This document shows positions 10,174 through 19,143 of a DNA stretch of 64,000 nt, piece after piece; position 1 is the first letter of the stretch; each line of letters starts with the position of its first letter. The stretch is from NCBI GenBank assembly GCA_014237915.1, contig JABACC010000007.1, positions 1,446 through 65,445 of the forward strand, given 5' to 3'. The DNA comes from Candidatus Paceibacter sp. (GTDB lineage Bacteria > Patescibacteriota > Minisyncoccia > Phycocordibacterales > GCA-2747955). The notes under the pieces are model-generated. The model did not search any database and had not been told where the DNA came from. It saw nothing but the letters and a program-made list of their open reading frames with translations. The position numbers and the translations under genes are program-made.

Positions 10174-10200
10174 CTCTATTTAAACAATAGGGGTTTTTTA
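10174..10200 (+). terminator. Second GC-rich hairpin + T-run closing a GC-richer untranslated segment
   Basis: ccctctatttaaacaatagggg followed by ttttttatttt. Its stem sequence is related to the 9981-10024 hairpin. Confidence 0.4.
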
Positions 10201-10240
10201 TTTTAAAAAATTTTTCTTTATTTTTTGCTATAATTATTTT

Positions 10241-13200
10241 ATGGAAAAAGAATTTTTTGGTGAGAAAATAATAAAAACCCCCGAGCAAGATAAAGAATTT
10301 TTTAATACTAATTTAAATTTAAACTCTCAAGAAAAATATAATTCTTCTTTTGGAAACTTAAACGAAAAAAAAGCTGAAGCTGTTGCTCGCGATGTTTTGG
10401 AAAAATATCCAAAAGAGGCTATAAGTTTAGCTTCTCCTGAATATTTAAATAAAAAAAATAGTGCAGAAGCCATCGTTTTAAAACTTTCTCCAGATGAAGA
10501 TGATAAAAAAATGGAAGAATTTCTATCTTTAATTAATAAGGTTGGAATTTTAAACACAATTAATGCAATTGAAAAAACAGAATCTTTCCACATTAAAGAT
10601 GATTTTCACAGATTTTTAGTTCAGTATTTAAAATCTGGATATCAACCAAAAAAATTAAAAGAAAAAGAGCCGTTTTTTATTTCTTTAAAAAGAACTTTAT
10701 TTAAAATTCAAATCCCAAATTCTGCAGAAGAGGAAGATAAAAATAAAAATTTAAAAGAATTACTTTCTTCAATGGAACAATTTTTTTCTGGAATGTTTGC
10801 TGTTTCTTCTGCTGAGGAAGAAAATTATTTTTCTTTAGAAATCGCACTGGCGCAAAACTCAGACGAAGTTGATTTTTACTGTGCCATTCCAGACGGAAAA
10901 GAAAATATTTTTAAAAATCAGCTTTTAGCAGTTTTTCCAAAAGCCAAAATTTTAGAAGCCAGTGATGACTACAATATTTTCAATAAAAAAAAACTTGTAG
11001 CAGGGTCTTTTGCAAAATTAAAAAAAAATGATTTTTTTCCTCTAACAACTTATAAAAATTTAGACTATGATCCTTTAAATTTAATCATTCAAGCTTTTTC
11101 TAATTTAAAAAAAGAGGAAGGCGCTGCCATTCAGATTAATTTAAAAACTCCGAAAAAACCTTTTTCAGAAAAAGTTAGAAAAGCTATAAAACAAGTAGAC
11201 GAAGGAAAAGATGTAAACGAAATAGTCTCTAAAAAAACTTCTTTTTTAGTAGATTTAAATAATAAAATTTACAATACTTTTTTAGCCTCAAATAAAAATG
11301 AAGAAAAATCAGGCTCAAGTGAAGAAAAAAATTTTTTCTTAGAGCAATTAAAAGAAAAAAATTCTTCTTCTGTTTTTGAAGCCAATATAAATATTGTCTC
11401 GGCTGGAGAAACAGAGCGGGGAGCTTTGCAAATTCTTTCTGCCATTGAAGCTGCTTTTATGCAGTTTGAAAATCCTGCTGGGAACAGTCTTTTTTTTGAA
11501 AAAGTTGATGGAAAAAAATTACAAAAATTAATTAAAAATTTTACTTATAGAATTTTTGATAAAAAAAATATTTTAAATTTAAATATTTCTGAACTTTCAT
11601 CTTTTTTTCATTTTCCTAAAAAAACTTTGGAAGCAGGAGAAACCCTGTCTTCAGGAGCCAGTGTTTCTTCTGGAGTAGACTTAAAATTAAAGAAAATTTC
11701 AGAAGAAGCTTTGGAAGATTTTCAAGGCTCAAGTTTTTCTGCTCCAGAAAAAAAAGTAGAAAATGAAAAAGTAGAAGCAAAAAATTTTCCTTCGGAAAAT
11801 TTTTCATCTCAAAAAGACAATAATTTAAAAAATATTTCTGAAGATAATTTTCAAGAAAAAGAAAATGAACTTTCTTATAGTTTGGGGAAGGTTGATGATT
11901 TTGAAGAAAAAATTTCAAAAAAAAGTTTTGAGGAAGAGAAAAAAAGGAATGATAATTATGAAAAATTTCAAGAAAAAAAACCAGAAGAAAAAATAAACTT
12001 TGAGAGCGAAAAAATTGAAAAACCTGAAGAGGAATTTTTCCCACAAAAAAAATCAACAGGAAAAATTTTACTTGGAATAAACGAGCACCAAGGAGAAGAA
12101 ACAAAAATTTTTATGAATGAAATCGATAGAATGAGACACCTTTATGTTATTGGGCAAACAGGAACAGGAAAAACAACTCTTTTAAAAAATGCCATAATTC
12201 AAGATATTGAAAATGGAGAAGGGGTTTGCTTTATTGATCCTCACGGCTCAGATATTGAAGATATTTTGAAAAATATTCCGCCAGAACGAGCAAAAGATGT
12301 TGTTTATTTTGATCCATCTGATATGAAAAAAGTTGTTGGTTTAAATATGCTTGAATATGACAAAAATTTTCCCGAGCAAAAAACTTTTGTTGTTGACGAA
12401 ATGCTCTCTATTTTTAATAAACTTTTCGATATGAAAGCAACAGGAGGCCCAATGTTTGAACAATATTTTAGAAACGCTGTAATGCTCACCATTGAAGATC
12501 CAGAATCAGGCTCAACCCTTTTAGATGTTTCAAGGGTTTTGTCTGACTCTGAATTTAGAGAAATGAAATTATCAAAATCTAAAAATTTAATTACAAACCA
12601 ATTTTGGCAAAAAATTGCCCAACAGGCGCAAGGAGAGGCAAGCCTTGAAAATATTGTTCCCTACATAACTTCTAAATTTGATAATTTTTTATCAAATGAC
12701 ATTATGAGACCAATAATTGCTCAGCAAAAATCATCTTTAAATTTTAGAAAAATAATGGACGAGAAAAAAATTCTTCTTGTAAATTTATCAAAAGGAAGAT
12801 TGGGCGAGCTAAACGCTCATCTTTTAGGGCTTATTATTGTTGGAAAAATTTTAATGGCTGCTTTATCTAGGGTTGATTCTGATATAAAAAATCTCCCTCC
12901 TTTTTATCTTTATATAGACGAGTTTCAAAATATTACAACTGATTCAATTTCTCAAATTTTGTCTGAGGCAAGAAAATACAAACTTTCTTTAAATATTGCT
13001 CACCAATATATTTCTCAAATTGATGAAGATATAAAAAATGCTGTTTTTGGAAATGTGGGATCTTTGGCTGTTTTTCGTGTTGGCTCTGAGGATGCAGAAT
13101 TTTTGGAAAAACAATTTTTACCAACATTTTCTAGTAAAGATATTATTGGGCTTAAAAATCACAATGCTTATATAAAATTACTTGTTGGGGGAGAGCCAGT

Positions 13201-13348
13201 TAAACCTTTTAATATAAAAACTCTGGCACCAGAAGAAGGGTCAGAGCTTAATTTAATTAGAGCAAAAGAAATTTCTTCAGAAAAATATGGTAGAGAAAAA
13301 GCTCTCGTTGATAGAGAAATTGAAGAAAAATTTAGACAATTGATTTAA
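10241..13348 (+). CDS. Conjugation/T4SS-type P-loop ATPase (VirB4/TrbE- or VirD4/TraG-family) with a roughly 600-aa N-terminal non-ATPase region
   Basis: Walker A YVIGQTGTGKTT closely followed by CFIDPHGSD (the IDP(K/H)GE motif of the HerA/VirB4/TraG clade). Walker B FYLYIDEF, then EARKYKLSLNIAHQ and VFRVGSEDAEFL, reminiscent of TraG/TraD C-terminal motifs. No searches run. Confidence 0.55.
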   Translation: MEKEFFGEKIIKTPEQDKEFFNTNLNLNSQEKYNSSFGNLNEKKAEAVARDVLEKYPKEAISLASPEYLNKKNSAEAIVLKLSPDEDDKKMEEFLSLINKVGILNTINAIEKTESFHIKDDFHRFLVQYLKSGYQPKKLKEKEPFFISLKRTLFKIQIPNSAEEEDKNKNLKELLSSMEQFFSGMFAVSSAEEENYFSLEIALAQNSDEVDFYCAIPDGKENIFKNQLLAVFPKAKILEASDDYNIFNKKKLVAGSFAKLKKNDFFPLTTYKNLDYDPLNLIIQAFSNLKKEEGAAIQINLKTPKKPFSEKVRKAIKQVDEGKDVNEIVSKKTSFLVDLNNKIYNTFLASNKNEEKSGSSEEKNFFLEQLKEKNSSSVFEANINIVSAGETERGALQILSAIEAAFMQFENPAGNSLFFEKVDGKKLQKLIKNFTYRIFDKKNILNLNISELSSFFHFPKKTLEAGETLSSGASVSSGVDLKLKKISEEALEDFQGSSFSAPEKKVENEKVEAKNFPSENFSSQKDNNLKNISEDNFQEKENELSYSLGKVDDFEEKISKKSFEEEKKRNDNYEKFQEKKPEEKINFESEKIEKPEEEFFPQKKSTGKILLGINEHQGEETKIFMNEIDRMRHLYVIGQTGTGKTTLLKNAIIQDIENGEGVCFIDPHGSDIEDILKNIPPERAKDVVYFDPSDMKKVVGLNMLEYDKNFPEQKTFVVDEMLSIFNKLFDMKATGGPMFEQYFRNAVMLTIEDPESGSTLLDVSRVLSDSEFREMKLSKSKNLITNQFWQKIAQQAQGEASLENIVPYITSKFDNFLSNDIMRPIIAQQKSSLNFRKIMDEKKILLVNLSKGRLGELNAHLLGLIIVGKILMAALSRVDSDIKNLPPFYLYIDEFQNITTDSISQILSEARKYKLSLNIAHQYISQIDEDIKNAVFGNVGSLAVFRVGSEDAEFLEKQFLPTFSSKDIIGLKNHNAYIKLLVGGEPVKPFNIKTLAPEEGSELNLIRAKEISSEKYGREKALVDREIEEKFRQLI

Positions 13349-13352
13349 AGAT

Positions 13353-13928
13353 TTAATTTTTCTTTTTTAAAGATTTTAAGAAAAATAATACGTAGTTAAC
13401 AAGGATAGCAAACAAGAAAAGCCCGATAAACCTAGATATAACAACCAAAAAGTTTCCTGGAAAAGTTAAAGGTTGTGCCTGAGATACTCCGCCCATAAGA
13501 ACTTTTAGAGACCATAAAAAAGAACTCGGTATTGAAGAAAAGACTGCTATTTGTGAATTTTTCTCAAAAATAAAAATTAATATAGAAATAAAGACTGAAG
13601 ATATGAAAAGTATTGTAAGGTAAACTTCTATTGTTATTGAAAGTATTTTTTCTTTATTTTTTAGATTATTTTTTATTGTCCTTAGGAATTTTAATAATCT
13701 TAAACTTCTAAATATTTTTAAATAAGTCGTATTTGGTAAGTTTATAAAAGTCGGCACTACTGCGACAAGATCTATAAATCCCCATATAGAAAAAATATAT
13801 TTTAAGGGTTTTTCAGATCCAATTATTCTACCAATGTATTCTATTGAAAAAATAAAAACAAAAACATATTCAAAAATATCAAAAACTTTTTGGTATTTAA
13901 AAAACTCTGGAACGGTCGATAGAGCCAA
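13353..13928 (-). CDS. Voltage-sensor-containing ion transport protein (cation channel-like); possibly N-terminally truncated in the ATG-based ORF call
   Basis: S4-like segment with Arg/Lys every third residue (IFRSLRLLKFLRTIKN), then a pore-loop-like segment (SFLWSLKVLMGGVSQ) and a final TM helix. Resembles Ion_trans (NaChBac/Kv-like) architecture. Confidence 0.4.
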   Translation of the reverse strand: MALSTVPEFFKYQKVFDIFEYVFVFIFSIEYIGRIIGSEKPLKYIFSIWGFIDLVAVVPTFINLPNTTYLKIFRSLRLLKFLRTIKNNLKNKEKILSITIEVYLTILFISSVFISILIFIFEKNSQIAVFSSIPSSFLWSLKVLMGGVSQAQPLTFPGNFLVVISRFIGLFLFAILVNYVLFFLKSLKKKN

Positions 13929-14129
13929 ATTTAGTATAGATAATATTATTATTATATTTAAAAAATAATGTACTCTAAAAAATTTTTTTTATTTGATTGG
14001 TAGAAAATTTTTTTACAAAATTCTTTAATCATTTTTAAATAATACCATATTTTTCTAGCTTATAAGTATACAAGAATTATCTTTTTATAATTTTTAAAAC
14101 TTATTTATTATTTTGTTATACTATTTTTT

Positions 14130-14720
14130 ATGTATGAAGTTTATTCTGATGAAATTTTTGTTTTAAAAACTGAAGAAAAAAAAGAAAAAAGCTTGGAAGT
14201 TTTAGCTTTTTCAAAATTTTTTGGAATTATAAAAATAGAAGTAGTAGACGGAAGATCAGAAAAATCAAAATTAAAAAATGCTTTTTTAAAATACTCTTTT
14301 TCGGAAGTTGAAATTATAAAAGGAAAATATTCTTGGAGAGCCGTTGGTGGAAAAATGATTAAAAATTTTTATTTTGAAAATAAAAATCAAGAAAAAATAA
14401 TTTTTTTAGAAAAATTCTTTTTTTATTTAGAAAAATTTATGATTTTAGAAAAGAGCGAAGAGGAACTTTTTTCTTTTTGTAAAAATTTTTTCTTTTTCTA
14501 TTTTAAAGATAAAGATCAAGATTTTTCAAAAAAATTAGAAATTTTTTTTATGGCCTATTTTTTAACTTTTTTCGGGTACTTTTCTTTAAAAGGTTTTGAT
14601 TTTGTTAAGAAAGATTTTTCACAAAAAAAAGATTTTTATTTTCTAGAAAAAATTTCAAATGAAAAATTTGAAAAAATAGAAAAAGAAATTAAAATTTTTT
14701 TAGAAGGTTTTACTTTTTAA
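14130..14720 (+). CDS. Hypothetical protein (Phe/Lys-rich)
   Basis: 196-aa ORF with coding-like composition. No recognisable motifs. Confidence 0.25.
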   Translation: MYEVYSDEIFVLKTEEKKEKSLEVLAFSKFFGIIKIEVVDGRSEKSKLKNAFLKYSFSEVEIIKGKYSWRAVGGKMIKNFYFENKNQEKIIFLEKFFFYLEKFMILEKSEEELFSFCKNFFFFYFKDKDQDFSKKLEIFFMAYFLTFFGYFSLKGFDFVKKDFSQKKDFYFLEKISNEKFEKIEKEIKIFLEGFTF

Positions 14721-14723
14721 TTT

Positions 14724-15416
14724 CTATTTATGAGGTTTGTGAATAAACATTGAAAGTAAAAAAGCGGAAATTAAAAATAAAACAGGCTCAAGAGAATTTC
14801 CTAAATTCATACCTCCGTTTTTTCCAACCCATAAAGAAAAAAGCCAAAAAATAAAAAAAATAAAAAAAGAAACAAGCTTTTGAAAATTTTTTCTCCAGAA
14901 AAAAGAAGAAAGGAGAAAAACAATAATAATATCAATTAAAAAGTGAGTTAAAAATCCGACAGAAGCTAAAATTATCAAAAAATCTCCCGTTTGAAAATCT
15001 GAAATAATTTGATATCTAATAATACTTTCTGGAAATAGATGAAATATGAATGCAAGACTTGCTAAAAAGTGACCAATTTTTTCTTTATGAGTACAAACAG
15101 AATGAGAACATGGGACAAAATTTTTCATTTTTGGGTTATGCCAAACATTTACAAATAAACCTAAAATTAAAATTGCCAATAAGTTTTGAAGAGAAAAAAA
15201 ATCAACTATTATGCTAAAAAAATTGTCATGAGAATGATCGTGATCGTGAGAAAAACTTCCAAAAGATGAAAGAAAAATGTTTATTAGGTGTAGAGTTAAA
15301 AAAATAAATATTGGAACGGAAACTATCTCTAAATAATATCTTGTGTTTAATAAGTTTTTCATAATTTTTATTTTAAATATTAATATTTCTAATTTCTTGT
15401 TTTTCTTTTCTGACAA
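14724..15416 (-). CDS. Polytopic membrane protein with His-rich loop (HDHDHSHD); possible membrane-bound metal-dependent hydrolase or metal transporter-like
   Basis: 230 aa, about 6 TM segments. HDHDHSHD and CSHSVCTHKEK motifs suggest metal binding. Confidence 0.3.
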   Translation of the reverse strand: MSEKKNKKLEILIFKIKIMKNLLNTRYYLEIVSVPIFIFLTLHLINIFLSSFGSFSHDHDHSHDNFFSIIVDFFSLQNLLAILILGLFVNVWHNPKMKNFVPCSHSVCTHKEKIGHFLASLAFIFHLFPESIIRYQIISDFQTGDFLIILASVGFLTHFLIDIIIVFLLSSFFWRKNFQKLVSFFIFFIFWLFSLWVGKNGGMNLGNSLEPVLFLISAFLLSMFIHKPHK

Positions 15417-16122
15417 GATGTTCTTGCATTATCATAAAAAGATTTGAGCTTATCCAGTAAAGAGCAATGGCCGCATGAAGCCAAAAAGCAAGAAGCAGGA
15501 AAATAAAAACTGGCAGACCATATTTTATATTTGCAGAAAAGGAAGTTGCCATATCTTTTTTAAAATCTCCAGAAATATTTTTAAAATCTTTTAATTTTAC
15601 GTCTGGCATTGAAATATGGAAATGTACATATTGGCTGACTCCTGCAATTATAGCAAGCACTATTGAAGATTTTGTTAAATCAACAAAACCTAAAAAATTC
15701 ATAATAATATTTTCAGGAATCGAAATGAATGAATATAAAATTTCTGTATTAACTTCTGGCAAACCACCAGAATAAAAAACCCAGTACATTGCTAAAATTA
15801 TTGGAATTTGAATTATTAAAACAAAAAAAGAAATAAAAGGATTCATCTGATATTTTTTATATAAGTCCATTGTTTCAAAAGCCATTTTTTGTTTATTTTC
15901 TTTGTCCGTTTTTCCTTCGTATTTTTTTTTCAGATCATCAAGCTCTGGCTTCATTTTTTTTAGAGCAATTTGAGTTTTAATTTGTTTTTTGAAAAGAGGA
16001 TATAAAATTATTTTTATTAAAATTGTAGTTAAAATAATTGCAATTCCAGCATCCATCCAAGAAAAATTTAAGAAAAAAATTAAAAGATTGTAAATAGGGT
16101 TATAAAAAATTGTTGCAAACAT
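15373..16122 (-). CDS. yidC: Membrane protein insertase YidC/Oxa1 (short form)
   Basis: 249 aa. Conserved YidC core with LYPLFKKQIKTQIALKKMKPELDDLKKKY amphipathic region, MNPFISFFVLIIQIPIILAMYWVF and C-terminal TM helices. Confidence 0.85.
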   Translation of the reverse strand: MFATIFYNPIYNLLIFFLNFSWMDAGIAIILTTILIKIILYPLFKKQIKTQIALKKMKPELDDLKKKYEGKTDKENKQKMAFETMDLYKKYQMNPFISFFVLIIQIPIILAMYWVFYSGGLPEVNTEILYSFISIPENIIMNFLGFVDLTKSSIVLAIIAGVSQYVHFHISMPDVKLKDFKNISGDFKKDMATSFSANIKYGLPVFIFLLLAFWLHAAIALYWISSNLFMIMQEHLVRKEKQEIRNINI

Positions 16123-16202
16123 AATTAAATTTTTAAGTTATTTATATTTTCAGATTATAACAGAAAAAAAAGTAAATATTTAAATTTTTTGGATTTTTAT
16201 AT

Positions 16203-16247
16203 TTTTTTGTGGCGGATTTGCCGAAGGCAAATCCGCCACAAAAAAAT
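16203..16247. terminator. Palindromic GNRA-loop hairpin (family member 3)
   Basis: tttttttgtggcggatttgcc-gaag-gcaaatccgccacaaaaaaa, between divergent yidC (-) and pilB (+). Confidence 0.45.
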
Positions 16248-16289
16248 ATAAAAATAAAATTTTTTAAAAAAACATAGTATAATTAAATT

Positions 16290-17978
16290 ATGTTGGAATT
16301 TAAAGATTCAAAATCAATGCAAAGATTTAGAAAACTCAAGGCAAATAATGCAGAAAGAATTATTTCAGTCCTTGCTAAAAAATATGGAATTTCATATGTA
16401 AATTTAACAAATGTTTCTATAAATACAGACGCTTTAAGGCTTATTTCTGAGGAAACCGCAAGGGCTACAAAAATCGCAGGCTTTGAAATTAAAGGAAGAA
16501 AAATTTATTTAGCGGTAATTTCGCCATTTCCCGAAGAGATTCAAATGGAAATTGAAAAATTAAAAGCAAAAAAATATGAGGTTGTTTTATTTATGGCTTC
16601 AGAAAAATCTTTAGAAAAAGCTTGGTCTCGTTATGGAGATATTTCTTACGCTGTAAAAACTGAAAAAGGAGTTATCGATATTTCTTCTATTGAAATCGAA
16701 GATGTTTTAAATGATTTAAAAAATATTGACTCAGCTAAAAAAATTATTGATCAAGCTCTAGCTTCAACCAAATCTTATAGAATTTCAAAAGTTATAGAGC
16801 TTATTTTATATTCTGCAGATGCTCTTGGAGCTTCAGATATCCATATTGAGCCAGAAGAAAAAAATTGCAGGTTGAGGTTTAGAGTTGATGGAATTTTAAC
16901 AAATATAACTTTTTTAGACTTACAAACTTACAACAGAATTTTATCTAGAATAAAAATTACATCAGGAATGAAATTAAATATAAAACAATCAGCTCAAGAC
17001 GGGAGATTTTCTATAAAAATGAAAGAGTCAAAATTAGAAATTAGAGTCTCCTCAGTTCCAAATCCATACGGAGAATCTATTGTTTTAAGGCTTTTAGATC
17101 CAGATTCAATTTCAGTTTCAATTGAGCATTTAGGAATGTTTTCGTATTTTAGAGAAATAATGCAAGAACAAATAAAAAGGCCAAATGGAATGATTTTAAA
17201 TACCGGCCCAACTGGATCTGGAAAATCAACAACTCTTTTTGCTTTTTTGAAAAAAATTCAAAATCCAAGTATAAAAATAATGACAATTGAAAACCCAGTC
17301 GAATATCATGTTCCGGGGATTGTTCAAACTCAAGTAAACAGAGAAAAAGGTTACGGATTTTCAGAAGGGTTAAGAGCTGCCCTAAGACAAGACCCAGATG
17401 TGGTGATGATAGGTGAGATCAGAGACAAAGAAACAGCAAACGTTTCTGCAAACGCAGCGCTTACGGGGCATTTAGTTTTATCAACTTTACATACAAACTC
17501 AGCCGCAGCTTCTTTTTCTAGAATTTTAGATTTAGGAGTAAACCCAAAAATTTTATCAACAGCTGTTAATTTAATTATTGCTCAAAGACTTGTCAGGAGG
17601 CTCTGCACGCACTGCAAAAGAGAAACATCTTTTATAGAAATTGATGGAAAAACAAGAGAAATTTTAGAAAAAGTTTATGATGGAATTGGTGATATTGAGA
17701 AAAAAACAGGCGAAAAAATTTTAAAAGAAAAAATTTTTGAACCAGCTGGCTGTGAAAAATGTAACAACACAGGTTATAGGGGTAGAGTTGGAGTTTTTGA
17801 AGCAATTTTAATGGATAATAAATTAGAAGAGATTTTAAAAACTTCCCCAACGGAAAAAGAGATTAAAGAGGGCACCAAACATCAAAATATTTTATTTTTA
17901 AAAGAAGATGCAGTTTTAAAAGTTTTAAATGGAACAACAAGCACCGAAGAGATTTTTAGAGTAATTGATTTTTATTAA
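16290..17978 (+). CDS. pilB: Type IV pilus assembly / type II secretion ATPase, GspE/PilB family
   Basis: Walker A ILNTGPTGSGKSTT. Asp box and His box (VMIGEIRD ... LVLSTLHTNSAAASFSRI). Tetracysteine motif CTHCK...CEKCNNTGYRGRVGVFE. N-terminal GSPII_E_N-like domain. Confidence 0.9.
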   Translation: MLEFKDSKSMQRFRKLKANNAERIISVLAKKYGISYVNLTNVSINTDALRLISEETARATKIAGFEIKGRKIYLAVISPFPEEIQMEIEKLKAKKYEVVLFMASEKSLEKAWSRYGDISYAVKTEKGVIDISSIEIEDVLNDLKNIDSAKKIIDQALASTKSYRISKVIELILYSADALGASDIHIEPEEKNCRLRFRVDGILTNITFLDLQTYNRILSRIKITSGMKLNIKQSAQDGRFSIKMKESKLEIRVSSVPNPYGESIVLRLLDPDSISVSIEHLGMFSYFREIMQEQIKRPNGMILNTGPTGSGKSTTLFAFLKKIQNPSIKIMTIENPVEYHVPGIVQTQVNREKGYGFSEGLRAALRQDPDVVMIGEIRDKETANVSANAALTGHLVLSTLHTNSAAASFSRILDLGVNPKILSTAVNLIIAQRLVRRLCTHCKRETSFIEIDGKTREILEKVYDGIGDIEKKTGEKILKEKIFEPAGCEKCNNTGYRGRVGVFEAILMDNKLEEILKTSPTEKEIKEGTKHQNILFLKEDAVLKVLNGTTSTEEIFRVIDFY

Positions 17979-18045
17979 TTTTTTAATTTTTTGTTTTTTA
18001 GATATATTGATATATAATTTATATTATTAAATTTTAAAAATTTTT

Positions 18046-18525
18046 ATGTCAAAAAACACTATCACCACACTAACCGTTCTAATAATTTTAATTTTAGCTG
18101 GTTTTTTCTATTATTTTTTTATGGAAAAAACTGAAAATCAAAATTTAGAAGAAACACCTTCTGCAGAAGAATCAAGAAATGTTACAAAATTAGAAATTTC
18201 TGAGGAAGAATCTGATATTTTAGCCAAAGAAAATGAAATTTCCTTAATCGAATTTGAAGAAATTATGAATGAATACAAAGAAAGTGGAAATATTTCTGGC
18301 TGTGAAAAAGTTTCTCAGTTCGGCCTTAAAGATTCTTGCGTTTTTTCTTATCTTTTAACAGACGCTTTTTATAACAACAATATTGATTTTTGTGAAAGCT
18401 CACAAACAGTTCCAGAGTTTAAAGATGCCTGCCTCGATGTTTTTTCAAGAGAAAAAACCGAAGAGATAAAATTTTACAGAGTTGAAGATATTTTTATGAA
18501 AAGTTTTTTCGTAGAAAATAACTAA
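18046..18525 (+). CDS. Hypothetical membrane-anchored protein (4 Cys in ectodomain)
   Basis: 159 aa. N-terminal TM helix and an acidic extracytoplasmic domain with several Cys. Confidence 0.3.
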   Translation: MSKNTITTLTVLIILILAGFFYYFFMEKTENQNLEETPSAEESRNVTKLEISEEESDILAKENEISLIEFEEIMNEYKESGNISGCEKVSQFGLKDSCVFSYLLTDAFYNNNIDFCESSQTVPEFKDACLDVFSREKTEEIKFYRVEDIFMKSFFVENN

Positions 18526-18603
18526 AAAATTAAAACTAATTTTTTAAACAAAAATCCTTTCTATTTTTTGTTTATTTTTCTTTTATACAATATAATATAA
18601 TTA

Positions 18604-19134
18604 ATGTTTGTTGATCCTAAAAAAGTTTTAGAACAAATAGAAATTTTAGAAGGCACTAATGTGGCCGATTTTGGAGCAGGCTCTGGTTTTTATACAAAGC
18701 TTCTTTCAGAAAAAGTTGGACCAAGCGGAAATGTTTTTTCTGTTGAGTTAAACAAAGAGATAAGTCAAAAATTAGCACAAGAGCTGCAAGGAGAAAATTA
18801 TAGAAATATAAATTTTTTAATTTCTGATTTAGAGAAAAAAAATTCTTTAAAAATTGAAAATGAAAAAATTTCCCTGGTGGTTGCTTCTTTTATGTTGTTT
18901 CAAATAAACGATAAAAATTCTTTTGCTGAAGAGGTAAAGAGAGTTTTAATTTCAAAAGGCAGAATTTTGGTAATCGATTGGAAAGATTCTTTTTCTGGAA
19001 TTGGCCCAAACGAAAATCTTGTTTTTTCTGAAAATAAAGCCTTAAAGCTTTTTGAAACTTTTGATTTTAAAGTTGAAAAAAAACTTGATTTGGGAAAATA
19101 CGCTTACGGAATTTTATTTAGAAAAATTAATTAA
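18604..19134 (+). CDS. Class I SAM-dependent methyltransferase
   Basis: Motif I VADFGAGSGFYT. Post-I acidic residue (VFSVE). Motif IV-like LVVASFML. 176 aa. Confidence 0.6.
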   Translation: MFVDPKKVLEQIEILEGTNVADFGAGSGFYTKLLSEKVGPSGNVFSVELNKEISQKLAQELQGENYRNINFLISDLEKKNSLKIENEKISLVVASFMLFQINDKNSFAEEVKRVLISKGRILVIDWKDSFSGIGPNENLVFSENKALKLFETFDFKVEKKLDLGKYAYGILFRKIN

Positions 19135-19143
19135 AAATATAAA

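Noticed and set aside
11616-12104. 162-aa minus-strand ORF inside the ATPase gene (and other antisense ORFs, e.g. 25563-26057 in dnaK, 7326-7796 in the VirB6-like gene)
   Set aside because: Antisense to strongly supported long CDSs. Low-complexity F/L/S-rich translations typical of AT-rich antisense frames.
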